A stretch of DNA of 64,000 nucleotides from positions 248,001 through 312,000 of the forward strand of contig JAQGDQ010000190.1 in NCBI GenBank assembly GCA_030141605.1, read 5' to 3'. Shown piece after piece: positions 52,305 through 64,000 of this stretch (positions within the stretch are counted from its first letter, which is position 1; each line of letters starts with the position of its first letter). Source of the DNA: Tubiluchus corallicola. Taxonomy: Eukaryota > Animalia > Priapulida. Under the pieces are notes generated by a model, which searched no databases, was not told the origin of the DNA, and worked only from the letters and a program-made list of their open reading frames with translations. A program made the position numbers and the translations under genes.

Positions 52305-54756
52305 TCAATCGACTAGCTGCGAAACATCTGCTACCCTAACTGATGGACGAGTGAAGAGTATTAACATTTCTAGAATTTGCAAAATTTCTTGTTACACGTT
52401 AGAAATCAGTGTGGTTTGTGGGGTGCGCACATGAGAAAGGTAAGGACTGCTTTAAACTGAAACTAGGCTAAAAAGGAGGGTTGAAGAAGAAATAAAAACA
52501 CAGGGAAGTTTGTTAACGAAGTTGTGCAATGTTTAAGTTGGTTACTAAATGAATAGGCGGTCATCAGGAAAGCTGCTGCTGGGCATTACATCTACTTGTA
52601 TGTCTATGTATTCGAATATTTTGGTCCTACCTCAGCAATATACATAATAAATACTCCTCATGTTGAATGCTGAATTTCACTATGTAATAAGTCAGACAGT
52701 ACGTATAAAATAAACAAACAAAAGCATGCAGGTATAATTTTTTTACATTCTTTCTGAAACACTGATCATCAAGATTTAGTGTTCGACTGCAAAATAGCGG
52801 TGAAAAGACCCAATTGACCCACTGATCCCATTGTCTGCAGTACCCTATATTAAGCTTCACGGTGAACATTTTGGTCCTACCAAGTTTTCCTAGCCGTTTA
52901 TGCCGCTTGGTTTTTCGTTATAAACAATAGACAAGCACTTTATAATGCTGTATTATCGTTTTGTAACAATGCTCAGCCTGTTCCTATAACATGTCAAATC
53001 TGAAGCTAAAATGGCCGAATCTAAACCATGTCAACGGTACCTGCTACAAGACGTTTACACACAGATAATTATATAAATTGATAATTCAACTTATCATTTT
53101 TTGATTTTACGACAAGCAAGAAAATAGTCAAATAGCATCCCATCTTACAGTAAAACCACCGTCCCCTACTAGTTTGTATGTTATTTTAAAAAAAACGAAG
53201 TCAAAATTGTACTAAATGAGATTAAAAATGTTTGAAAAATGTTATTATACATTTGTGAACGAGATAAGTATTTGCTGTACAAAAAGCTTAAAAAACATGT
53301 TATACACAAAGTTGAGACGACACATTTTAAGTACCGATTGTAAAAATTTCCAATGCGCCCATCGACTTTCACCTTTATAGTGATCTCTTATTGCACGAGG
53401 CAATACATTCAATATAACCACATCATGATGTGCATTAAATACTATCTAAATGTCCTACTTCATTTGTTCCACATATTTGTAATAAAATGAAATCACAATA
53501 TCAATCACGGCAGTAGAATTGCCAGCACTATTTGAACCTAAAATTAGTCAAGCCAAACAGTTCAAATTAGAAAAAAAATGCAATTAGAAATAAGTGGCAA
53601 AATTGTTTCAAGATGGACCCAATCACACAAAAAACGTGAACTCACGAGCATTATGTTACAATGAGAAAAAGTTACAAACAATAAAAACTGTTTTACTGTG
53701 GACCTGACTTATAAAAAGCAATAACTGACACACTGAAGGCCTTATACCAATGCTTAAGAGAAAAAAGTATGAAATATTTTCAAGAAGGTACTTACTGAAA
53801 GAACTAGTAAAAACTTTAAAAGTACTAAATCATAACTACAATACCCACCATTTGTAATTTCCAAATCAAAATACGTAAAAACGTTATGACCACAATAGTT
53901 GAATTTATGATGTCTAACTTCCCCACAATTATGCCATAGCAGAGACTGTATTTTAAATTCTCTAGAGTATAGACTGAATCTTACAACATGACATATACAG
54001 CATATGAACTCATTTTGTTTTTGCATAATTGATGCATTCATCTGATTTTGCAGACTTACAATTATTATAACTTTTATATTTTGCTTTTATCTGTCATGTC
54101 CGTAATACAATTTTCGTACCTCGGAATTGAGCTATAATTCGACGACAGTGATTTTGTCTCTGCACCCAGCTAGTTTGAATTGTACTCGATATTAAGAGTG
54201 AAACATCATATGAAAACTAGAAAATGTAGTCCTTGTGTTACAGGAAATGGACTTCACCTAGTCTAGTTTTGTGTTAGTTTATGTTTTTTGTAGTCAGTTT
54301 CATATCAAACTATTATAAATGCCAGTATTTACAGTAATATAAAAAAGTCATGCACTGCAGTTCACATCTCGATAGTATAGGAAGTTTTGAGCTCATCCAA
54401 ATTTTCCTTGCTTAAAAAGCTTAGTAACAACAACAAGTTCTGAGACTCGCTAGCACTTAAGCCAAAAATTTATTGACATTGCAAAAAATAATGTTTACAT
54501 TACCAGCAACTACAAAAGGACAAACAACAAAGATAAAAATGAAAGAAAATGGCAGGTTATAAAAACAAAGTTACTTTGTTGCATTTGATGTCAATATCTT
54601 ATACAATAACCTTTGGTAATTTTTATCATTATTAAAATTCAGGAACACTCAGCTAGTAACAACTACTATTAAATCGAAGATATCTTGTCTCACAAGTTTA
54701 ATTTTACTTTTAATATTATAAAAGTGCCTCATTCTAGGGCCTTGATTTTAAGTATG

Positions 54757-55881
54757 TCACTCTTTGTTATCGCAAACAAGAAGTTGCTTGGGAGAATACG
54801 GCTTCATTGATTCCTTTACGGCTTCTAAAAAGTTATGATAAGTTACAGTTTTAACAGGTGGCAGCACTAGCTTACCAGCTTGAATCATATTAAAGATAAC
54901 ATCGAACATTGTGTCCTGTTCCCGTGTTCCTTTATGCTCTTCATTCCACTTTGTCATCCAAAATCCGGTCGCATTTTTTCGACTAAAAATCAGTGAACCA
55001 ACAGGTAAAATTACAGGTTGTCTGGACATACCTCCATAGGTGACCATAATTCCGTGATCAGCTAGGTAGCGCATGAGTTGTGTTGAACTCTTTCCTCCTA
55101 CACAGTTTAATGCAAGTAAGGGAGCCTCACGATTGAGCATGAATTCTTTCATCTCTTTGCCTAGAAAGTGTTCTTCACTTATAACAAAGTTAGCACCAAG
55201 TGACTGCATATGTGCCTTTATTTCATCGAAGTTATCTCGTTTACGGAGAATATTAATTGAGACTAAGCCCATCTCCCGAGAAAGTTGAATGACATTGTAA
55301 CCCACGCCACTGTTACAACCATTCTGTATAATTGTGTCACCGTGTTTTAGCCTTTGAAAATCACATAAAAGTCGATAGGCAGTACAAGCGTTCACTGCTG
55401 CAGTAGCAGCGTTGTAAACCGGAACATCCTCTGGAATCTTTCTAATGTTATCAGACAGCATAATAGAATGAGTACGCCATGTTCCACATCCCGAAGACGC
55501 AGGAATAACTTTATCACCTGCTTTAACACTAACGACAGCATCGCCAACATCTATCACTTCACCAACACCTTCGTTACCTGCAACAGCCGGCAGGGATGGT
55601 AATTTAGCATATGTACCCTGTATCATATTAATGTCCGCTGGATTCACGGGTGAGGCTAACATGCGCACTAAGATTTCATTTTGCTGCAGCTTCTCTGGCA
55701 AATCAATGGTGACTTTTTCTAAAACTTTTACAGGATCACCATGTTCTCTGTAGACAATCGCAAATACCTGTTCGGCCATGTTGAACAGATGACGACAATT
55801 TTGCTGTTGCTGTAGTAGCTGACACTTACTTTGAAACAAACGAAATACTGGGAACAGCCTTCTATGAACAACTGCCATCAT
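54757..55881 (-). CDS. MECR: Mitochondrial enoyl-[acyl-carrier-protein] reductase (trans-2-enoyl-CoA reductase), 374 aa, intronless CDS
   Basis: Arg-rich, acid-free presequence. Motifs SPVNPADINMIQGTY, PAVAGNEGVGEV, GTWRTH, VNACTAYRLL, IIQNGCNSGVG, LALNCVGGKSST, MVTYGGMSRQPV and GFWMTKW are typical of the MDR-superfamily MECR/Etr1 family. Confidence 0.96.
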   Translation of the reverse strand: MMAVVHRRLFPVFRLFQSKCQLLQQQQNCRHLFNMAEQVFAIVYREHGDPVKVLEKVTIDLPEKLQQNEILVRMLASPVNPADINMIQGTYAKLPSLPAVAGNEGVGEVIDVGDAVVSVKAGDKVIPASSGCGTWRTHSIMLSDNIRKIPEDVPVYNAATAAVNACTAYRLLCDFQRLKHGDTIIQNGCNSGVGYNVIQLSREMGLVSINILRKRDNFDEIKAHMQSLGANFVISEEHFLGKEMKEFMLNREAPLLALNCVGGKSSTQLMRYLADHGIMVTYGGMSRQPVILPVGSLIFSRKNATGFWMTKWNEEHKGTREQDTMFDVIFNMIQAGKLVLPPVKTVTYHNFLEAVKESMKPYSPKQLLVCDNKE

Positions 55882-58283
55882 GTATTGAATTTAAGTTAGA
55901 TAATTAGCATACAGCACACATTACAGTGAAAATCCACCAATTTATAATCTGTAAAAAACAATTTTATGAGAGTCGGGATACAGGTTGAATTTGACCAGAT
56001 TTAATAAGTAGATTGAAATTGAACTATATATACTAATTTGTCACCACTATTAGTATTTACTTGAATCTTTCAGGGTCCTTCACTGACATTCACCTCACAA
56101 ACATAGTGATACTCTGTAGACAAGATATTTACCAAAGCAGTACTCAGTCTGCATATTGATGCTGTTGCATCTACCTAAGCACTTACCTAATAAGCACTAC
56201 TACATCATGTAACTTATACACAAAAAGCAGTGACTCTCAAAATGAAAGCGGGTTTAATCAAAGAAATTTTAGATATAACCAACATAATTATTATATGATA
56301 GTCCGATCTCGGTCAGCAAACTTAACCAAGCTCAATAATTGCAATCCTCAAAAAAAATTGGAAAGTGCTGATCATTAATACTTCAGACATTCAATTCCTT
56401 TGCTATCATTAAACTTTGATTTTCTAAATAATTGGAAATAATCACATCTAGGCCTTTAAAGCTGGAAACCTAATGAAACATTCAAACATACTATCATACT
56501 TTGAGTACTTAAACTCGTATGACGTAGTTAGATGTAACACATGCCATGTATGGATAGGTTGACAATGGTTGTTTCTTCTACTGAGACTTCTAGCTTTAAA
56601 GAACTGTGCATGATGTTACTAATGATTTGAAATTTACTGATCATATTACTGAATTAAAAAAAAGCAAATATACATATTTGTATTTGTATGATAAAACGAA
56701 GGGTAATTAGCAGAGATTCATTTTTCATTTCGCTTTTTTGCAAAAGTTGTTTGAATATATTGCTGTAGTGGGATCGCCACAGTATATTACACACCGTCTT
56801 TATACTGTCTTCGTTTGACAAAATGGTCTTATTTTATTGTGTGTGTCTTCCTTAGAACAGATATGTAGCACTAACGATTTGCTATGCACACAGAATGGTG
56901 ATAATACGTGCAATTTTCTGATTCTCTTTTCTAGATCTTTTTGTAAGCCATTCTAATAAACTTTTTTGTCCTGGTGAACAAAATATCGTGTGGAAACATT
57001 TCTTCCGTCATTGTGTAATCAGAACTTGAATTCCAAACAATGTAATAACTTAATAAGAGAACATTTGCAAAATTAAAGCGCACTGAGGATGGCACATTTG
57101 ATGTCAATTACAGACTCAGCTATACTGCATAAATTAACAGGCTCATGAGTCATGGCAAATAGAATTTGTAATAAAGTATGAGCGAAGCTGCATGTTATGT
57201 TTCATGTTGCCTTTTACCCAATGTTATTACAGATTATTGTTGTTGGTTAAGTTATAGGGGCCTAGTAATACACACACCTATGTGTGTATATGAAAGTGAT
57301 ATCACCTGACCACCTGCCTCAGGCTTCTGTTGCTGATGCACGCACAGTAGCATTGACTGTGACCTCACCTCTCTGTGAAAAAATTTCTCTTTCTTCTCCA
57401 ATACGGCCTGAGCAAGAAGTCGCATGAGATATGGACTTTACGTATAAATTGCCATAATGCCAGTGTTTAGTTTGAAAGCATAAGGCCAGCAAAGAGCTAT
57501 GTCACTCTTTAGGTGAATCTGCAAATCACTGATTCAGTACTGCAGTTTGACTAAGTGGTGAGTGGTATAGTCCTCCTTACCGACTTGCAAACGTGGGAAA
57601 ACTATACAAAATTAAAGGTACGACTGTAAAACCTACATTGTAAACTTCTCCTTGATCACTCTGAATGATTGCTACATATTGCATTTACTGTTAACTAGAT
57701 CTGCAGTCCAATGGAGTTACTATGCCAACTGCTTAAAATGTGAGAAGCTGGATGTGCATAATAATAACTGTAGAGCCATTATTCTACGACTGCAGCTACG
57801 CTAGCTAGCTTATATTTGGCAGGAAAATAGATGAGCGAACTTCTCCTCTAACCCACTTAACATTGTTAAGTATTCTAAATACTGTAAAACTGTATTTTTT
57901 TGAGTATCGTTGTACAGACCAGTTTTGGTGACTGTTCTTTAAATTTGTTATGCATCTCCTATTTCTCGCATTCCTGTTTTGCATCTTATGATTTACGAGT
58001 AAAATACCTTCCGCAAGATGTAGGTGAGAACAGGCTTTAAATCTATGGCCCCAGAATAGTAACGTCAAAGCCATGAACCGTTCTACAGCTAGAATCATTG
58101 TTGTTAGGTGAAAATAAAATCATATGTCACTCCACATTGTAAAATATCTATGTGGAAAAACTGCAACATAATACTGCACATAATGCTGTGGCAAATGTGG
58201 TTCACTGAACGTAATTGAAAATCGCCACATCACCAAAATGACGTAAAAGGTACTGCCACACAGGAAAAACTTGCAAGCACTTG

Positions 58284-58297
58284 CTGCCATCTACTGG
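58284..58297 (-). promoter_or_regulatory. CTCF-consensus motif between MECR and TTI1
   Basis: Minus-strand CCAGTAGATGGCAG fits CCASYAGRKGGCRS at all positions. This is a motif match only. Confidence 0.35.
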
Positions 58298-58939
58298 ATG
58301 AAAGACGAAGTGGTAATCTGCCTATAGCTAGACCACGTTTATTTACATTAACCCAAGAACAAAGCATGGTAGAGTTAACATCAAATAGTGAGAAGAATCA
58401 GTTAATACAAAAACCGATAACATGCGCAATGATAGCGACTTAATGGCAAACAGATAAGCATGCCAGCGACACTGTACAGCAGATACAGGTAAACAATCTA
58501 GACTGTAGTTAATTGAGGTGGTAATGCTTCAGAACTGCAAGTAGTTTATATCAAAACATTATAACTGAAAAAAACAGACAACTAAATAGGTTCTTAAAAT
58601 TTTACATGAAGATCAGGAGCAGGAGTCAAATTGTATTTTATTAGGTGCACTAGGAAACATTAAATAAAACACTGCGTGGAACTTTCGTGTTGGCTTGAAA
58701 TCCTTGTACGCATTGTGCCGCTACATATCGTGAGAAGGTACAATGAGCACGATGCTGGGGTTCATGAATTAGGAAGTGGCAACCCGATACATAGCAAGAC
58801 AGCATAATGAAGACGAGGTACATGAGGATGTCTAGCAAGTGCGAACATCCCATGAAGACATAGACATAGACCATTTATTTTCTCCAATTAGTTTACCATC
58901 AAAAGTTTTAACATCATTAAGTAATTATAATCATGGAGC

Positions 58940-60180
58940 AAGGCAGGGAAGGACCATAGGGTCATCTAGTCTCCTGCCCTTTCTTATAAATAGATTAGTA
59001 CATTAAAAATTAATGGTGATGCTGCAGATAACAAAAACAAAAACAAATAAGAAAAAAAAACAATAAAAACAGTATAAATGATACAAATTAACCAAAAAGA
59101 ACTGAAAACAAAAAATAATGAAGTTAGATACCTAAATCTAAACAAAACAATACAATTATTCAGTAATTAGGATTATTATATGTAGTAGTTTCAAATGGGG
59201 TCTTATTAACAGGGGAATTTGACCAAGGTTAGTGAGTAAAGTTAAAAACTGAGAGTATGGAAAGAAAAAATAAGCATCAAAAAAGTGTAATACAGAAAAA
59301 ATTTATGAGAAAAAGTATGAGAAAGAGCAACAATTACTTAGGAGATGAGGAGAAAGAAGAAAAGAAAAAAACTTGCTAGCTTGCTTATTAGTCTTACAAG
59401 TTATGTACTACAGGTATATCCATTTAGTAAGTTTTTGTGTATTTTTTGGAAGGAGATAATAAGCTACCTTCAAAGGTATTTTTTGGCAACGAATTCCATA
59501 ATTTAACTCCTCGTGATTTTAAGCTATTGAAACCATGTCGGGTAAAAAATCTCTCCACAACATACTCCATGAAGTACAAATTAAACACAGATCATTGACA
59601 CACAAATCCTAACTAGTAAAAAATTCGTTGAATCGATGAGTCTTGTTTTGGGTTCAGCATACTGATGATAGGCCTGTGCAGATGTAGAAGTTCCGTCTAT
59701 TGATCAGATACGCCGGTGGCGTCTCCTCTATATTCGTACTGCCATGAAAATCACGGTAAAGCAGAATGCATTTTGCGATTATTCCCGTCGATTGATCATG
59801 GCAGTCTTGGTTATCTCTATTTTTGGCCAACTGTGATGAGAAATACAAGAAATCGTGTAAGCAGCACTCCAACGTAAATAGTTGGAATGCAAAGATCTTG
59901 CATATTGAACCGTTTGGATGGCGCTGACTGCTTGACTAGAGCATTTACTTCGTAAGCCCTTGACTGGAGTAACCGAAATGTCGAAGGGGTAAGCGATTAT
60001 AGTGAAAAACACAAAGGTGAGGAAACCTGGAAGAAGTGTATATGGGTAGTTTCTTTTAAATATTGAAGAAGATATCAGTTGACAGTTTCAAAGATGTTTA
60101 GATGTTTAGTCCTTTCGATTAAGTATTTTTGGATAAGAAGAAAAATATTGGCTCTGGTGGCTTTCTCGAAACTTGGTTAC
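58940..60180 (-). mobile_element. CR1/L2-group LINE 3' fragment, interrupted at ~59561-60009
   Basis: The minus strand encodes FTRHGFNSLKSRGVKLWNSLPK (~59470-59550), followed by a T-rich UTR and a terminal stem-loop GCAGGAGACTAGATGACCCTATGGTCCTTCCCTGC (~58943-58977). Confidence 0.65.
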
Positions 60181-61239
60181 CTTCAATTATTTATTTATTC
60201 AATCATTTATTAACTCTGCAAAATTGTCACGTTACTGAAATTAGAGATACGTACAATAATTAAAGCAGGTTAGCGAAGAATCCGTAGTCTATTTAGTCAG
60301 CCACTGTAATATAGCTACAATATTATATGTTAGTAATTATGGCACTGTTATCAATTTTATGTTAATATGACAACCATAATTTGCAGTTAAGTGGATAATA
60401 ACCAAAAATAGAAGAAGTATTAAGTTTATTGTCCCTAGCATGTTTTCACCATCTTCTCTTTCATTCTTCGTTGTCATTTCCTTACCCTTACTACCACCCT
60501 TGTATTTCATTTTTTGCTTTTTGTCCTGCATCTTTTACATCTTCTCTTTCCATTTTGTCTTCTACTCAATGCTGTACAAGTCTATCTTCTTGGCTTGTGC
60601 CGTTATATTAATATTATGGCGAATTTAAATTTTGTTTTTTTTGTAGTAACAACTTCTTTGTAAAATATATAACAATGTTGTATTTATGGCATTTTGGAAA
60701 TAAACTAAACTAATTTTATGATTTAAGTAGCAATTCAATTTAATTCAAAAACTTTATTCATCTTTAATACAAAATTTATTAAGGCTGTTATAACAGATTG
60801 TGTAAAGTATGTAGTTATTACAAAAAACCAAGCGGTCATCAACTCTGCCGGACCCATATGTATAATAACGATATAACTTAAGAATACTTTGAAAGACTAC
60901 ATGGTGTTGTTGTTAGAAAAGAGATATTGAGTGCTGTAGAGAAAATATTGTATTGATTTACATAGATCGGTTTTTAAAAATTCAACAGTCTGCAGTACAG
61001 AATGACAAGTAAACCAACATGAATGGACATAATAATAGCAGAAATAGGCAAAACGTAACTACAGTATAAAAGCAGCAAATGAACAAATGGGAATTTAAAT
61101 TGTAAATGTAACAAATGAACAAAAAGCAAACAGATTATGCAATTTAAATCATAAATGTAGCGAGTGAACATAGAGCAAGCAACTGATGGAGTTAAATCAT
61201 AAAACAAAAGCAAAATGGTAACTTTCAGTAATGTCTCTA

Positions 61240-61712
61240 TCGATGTTTACAGAAAGCTTTCTCGTGTAGCTGTTCGATGTTCAGCTGTTCAAACCTATTT
61301 ATTATATAAGTTTGAACAGAACCTTTGAATTGGTTCACTTTAAATGCATCCATGGCTGCTTGGGGGAAGCTCGTTCCAAGTATTTACAATTTGCTGACTA
61401 AAAAATAATTTTCTCAGATCCAGTTTAGCTCATTTAATAATATCTGTAAGCTGTGTTGCCTTGATAGCATATTTGCGTAAATTTATGAACTTAATGAAGT
61501 TTCCATACTCCACTTTATCAATGCCTTTTACCAGCTTGAACACTTGAATAAGATCAGCACGAATTCTTATCGTAATAAATTTTTGTAGATTTATTGGCAT
61601 AAACATTGACAAAATGGTAAGGCTTGCATTCCTGATACTGCCTTCCTGACCCTTTTCTGAACTGCCTCAATCAAACAAATGTCTTTTACATAATGTGGGT
61701 TCCAAACCACAG
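61240..61712 (-). mobile_element. CR1-clade LINE ORF2 3' fragment
   Basis: VVWNPHYVKDICLIEAVQKR, RIRADLIQVFKLVKGIDKV and KLDLRKLFFSQQIVNTWNELP, with frameshifts between them. These are typical CR1 C-terminal motifs. Confidence 0.85.
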
Positions 61713-62206
61713 TTCCAGAATTGAGCAAACTTAAGGGTCAGTAGCAAAAATACCCTTACTTGCCTAAGCTGTAGCTATTAAAATCTCAGGATTTTCAATA
61801 CTTTTATATCTTGTATTTTTTGTACAATTCTGAATTGTAGACCATGAAAGTAAATAATAAATAAGAGATTTTTACCAAATTGATGTTTTCTTACCTTCCT
61901 ATCTCTTAACTAGGCATTTGTGCAAATGACTGATCGGTAAGATTGAAAAAGGTTAGGTACATATCATTACTATGGATAAACCATTTAAATCAAAAGATAT
62001 TGATAAATGTATCTTGATTGATTACATTGATATTGGTAAATCTTGGTCAGTCAAACGAACAAAAGCCTGATTATGCAAATTTTTCTTTTGTTTTTCAGAT
62101 TTTGAATGCATTTTTGCTGCTACACATAGCAACTATACCTGCAGTTTGTCTGACATAATTTACAATTTCATTTTACAGGAAAGAATGATAAGCTAATGTT
62201 GGAAAA

Positions 62207-62400
62207 ATGGAAAAGGATGTTCAGATTGCCAAAGCTTTTTCAAATCTTCAACCTTTGTGTGTCGCTGTTGCTAAGGAACCAAGTGTTGATAATGTAGGAA
62301 AATTGACTAATGTACTGAAATCTGTACCATTACAAGCATTGCAAGAACTGCAAGAGTATGTCTTGTTTCCATTGAGAGTTATCCTAAAAAAAGGAAATGG
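62207..62400 (+). CDS. TTI1: TELO2-interacting protein 1 homolog, coding exon 1
   Basis: AFSNLQPLCV...ALQELQEYVLFPLR versus human TTI1 AFGVLRPVCV...ALQELQQYILFPLR. Donor GG|GTAGGT is phase 2. Confidence 0.92.
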
Positions 62401-63155
62401 GTAGGTTTAAATTACTTTGTTTCAATGACATTTTATTGCTCAGAATAATTCAAAAATTGAAGTATCAGTGGACTACCTGAAAAATTCAGCAGTGATCTGC
62501 CTGTCATTGGTAGCTTAGCCCAGAAATGCACCAGATAGCAATTACTAGTTTATGTGCATGCATGGCTCTGTGGTCTCTCTCAAAGGCCCATCGTCTCGGA
62601 TTCCAGTTGATCATGCTGCTGTATTCTTAGCTGTCATTTCTTGATTTTCGTTATTACGTGTAGTTGCTTGCATGCAAACTGCGTTATTTATATTTACAGT
62701 TCTGCAGTGCAAGTTAAATAAAACCGATTTTGTATGTAATTTGATTTTTATAGCTGCATAAAAAAATTAAATTTTTTTAAAAATTTAGAAAAATTTTAAA
62801 AATTAAAAAGGAATAAAATATATACCAAAAAATTCTGCAAAATTTGTTGATTTGTAAATATCCATGTTTAGTTGTAATGTACATTCTACATACTATTGAT
62901 TTGATGGGTGAATACTCATAGTGCCTGCTGGTGATGACTATTCTGGTGTCTCCGAACAGCTTACTTTTATCAACAAAACATTTATGCAAAATGACCAAAA
63001 GCTGACTAGTCACGAAAGGGTGTTGCTTGGCATTATCACAGAGATACACAATCAAAGGAATGTGTGGTTAAACATATGCTTAAATGTTTAATGTCATTAT
63101 CTTCTCTGTTACTTTAAAGTCGTACATTTATTATAGATATTTTGATGTGTTTTAG

Positions 63156-63295
63156 ATCGAATGATTTGTATGAGGCCACTGTGGAATGCATTAAGAAGAT
63201 TGTATCCAGTGCTTCAGTATCGGAATTCAGTTTATTTGCTGATGTTTTTGTGCAGCTGTGCTTAATTCTAAGTCAGCCTGGCAACACTGAAAAAC
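63156..63295 (+). CDS. TTI1: TTI1 coding exon 2
   Basis: ttttag|A TCG AAT... gives SNDLYEATVECIKKIVSSASVSEFSLFADVFVQLCLILSQPGNTEK, ending C|GTATG. In frame with exon 1. Confidence 0.87.
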
Positions 63296-63700
63296 GTATG
63301 TGATGATCAAGTGTTGTAGAAAAGATCAAATTTGAAATTGAAAGCAATAATTTGTTTGCTGGAAACATTGTGCGTAAAGAAAGTTTTTTGTGCACAAAAT
63401 AAAAAAAGTGTAACACTTTCTGTTAAATTTGTACATGGCAAAAGTTCATTTAAAAAGTTTACTCAAAAAAATTGACTAAAAGTTCAATTTAGACTTTAAT
63501 TATGTAAAAATTTTCTACAAAAATGTAGTTATTTAAAATTAAATCTTATTGTTATATTGTGCACTTTTATAAAGTTAACGGTTTATGATTAGTTTCTAAT
63601 TGGATAATTTAATTCACAAATGTTTATGCTGTGTAATTTAAATGAAGAATAAAATGCACTAAAATTATAGACTGATGTAAAGTGTTTGTTTATTTTATAG

Positions 63701-63776
63701 TTGCTGCTTCAAGTGAAGAACTGAAGTTGTCTGTAATAACTTGTTTACGAATACTAGTTGCTAACTCAACAGATAG
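63701..63776 (+). CDS. TTI1: TTI1 coding exon 3 (gene continues beyond window)
   Basis: ttttatag| then LAASSEELKLSVITCLRILVANSTD (human has AAVSEELKLAVI), ending AG|GTAA. Confidence 0.87.
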
Positions 63777-64000
63777 GTAATGTACATTATGCAAAACATT
63801 TTGGTTACATACTGTTGTTTGCATTACATTAAGGAATTCCATGACTAAACATTGGGATTAGTATAGTTGCTAAAATGTACATTTTTTACCATACTTCAAA
63901 ACAGAGCAGGATGTGAAGAATCATCTTGTTTTCTTTTAAGTGACAAAATGATGAAGATTTGAGTCAGAAATATAACAACTCATTTATTTTTAAGACTATT

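Noticed and set aside
55073-55288. Plus-strand 71-aa ORF
   Set aside because: Antisense shadow of MECR.
56900-57050. In-frame TGA in a minus-strand frame (ITQ*RKKCFH...) as possible selenocysteine
   Set aside because: No selenoprotein motif, no evident SECIS element and no consistent exon chain.

Overview
Eukaryotic, AT-rich genomic DNA from an invertebrate animal, probably marine (the taxon cannot be fixed from sequence alone). Four protein-coding loci can be supported. (1) A complete 7-exon plus-strand gene (432-4429, 690 aa by my splicing) encoding a secreted protein: signal peptide, 10 EGF-like repeats in one exon, an ephrin-receptor-like Cys-rich module and an apextrin C-terminal (ApeC) domain. 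(2) The first two coding exons of a minus-strand RERE/atrophin-family gene (24551-24863 and 11646-11716). I found no third exon in the window, so the EGF-ApeC gene appears to be nested antisense in RERE intron 2. (3) A minus-strand MECR with an intronless CDS (54757-55881). (4) The first three coding exons of plus-strand TTI1 (from 62207), head-to-head with MECR. About 30 kb upstream of RERE (25-54.7 kb) has no recognisable gene. The non-coding DNA carries transposon remains: an intact hAT MITE with an 8-bp TSD inside a (CAT)n tract, a TTAA-flanked element with a second copy and an empty site in a local inverted duplication, a fold-back element, LINE fragments, a tRNA-derived SINE head and microsatellites. 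Most other short ORFs in the track are spurious. Family assignments rest on recalled motifs, not database searches.
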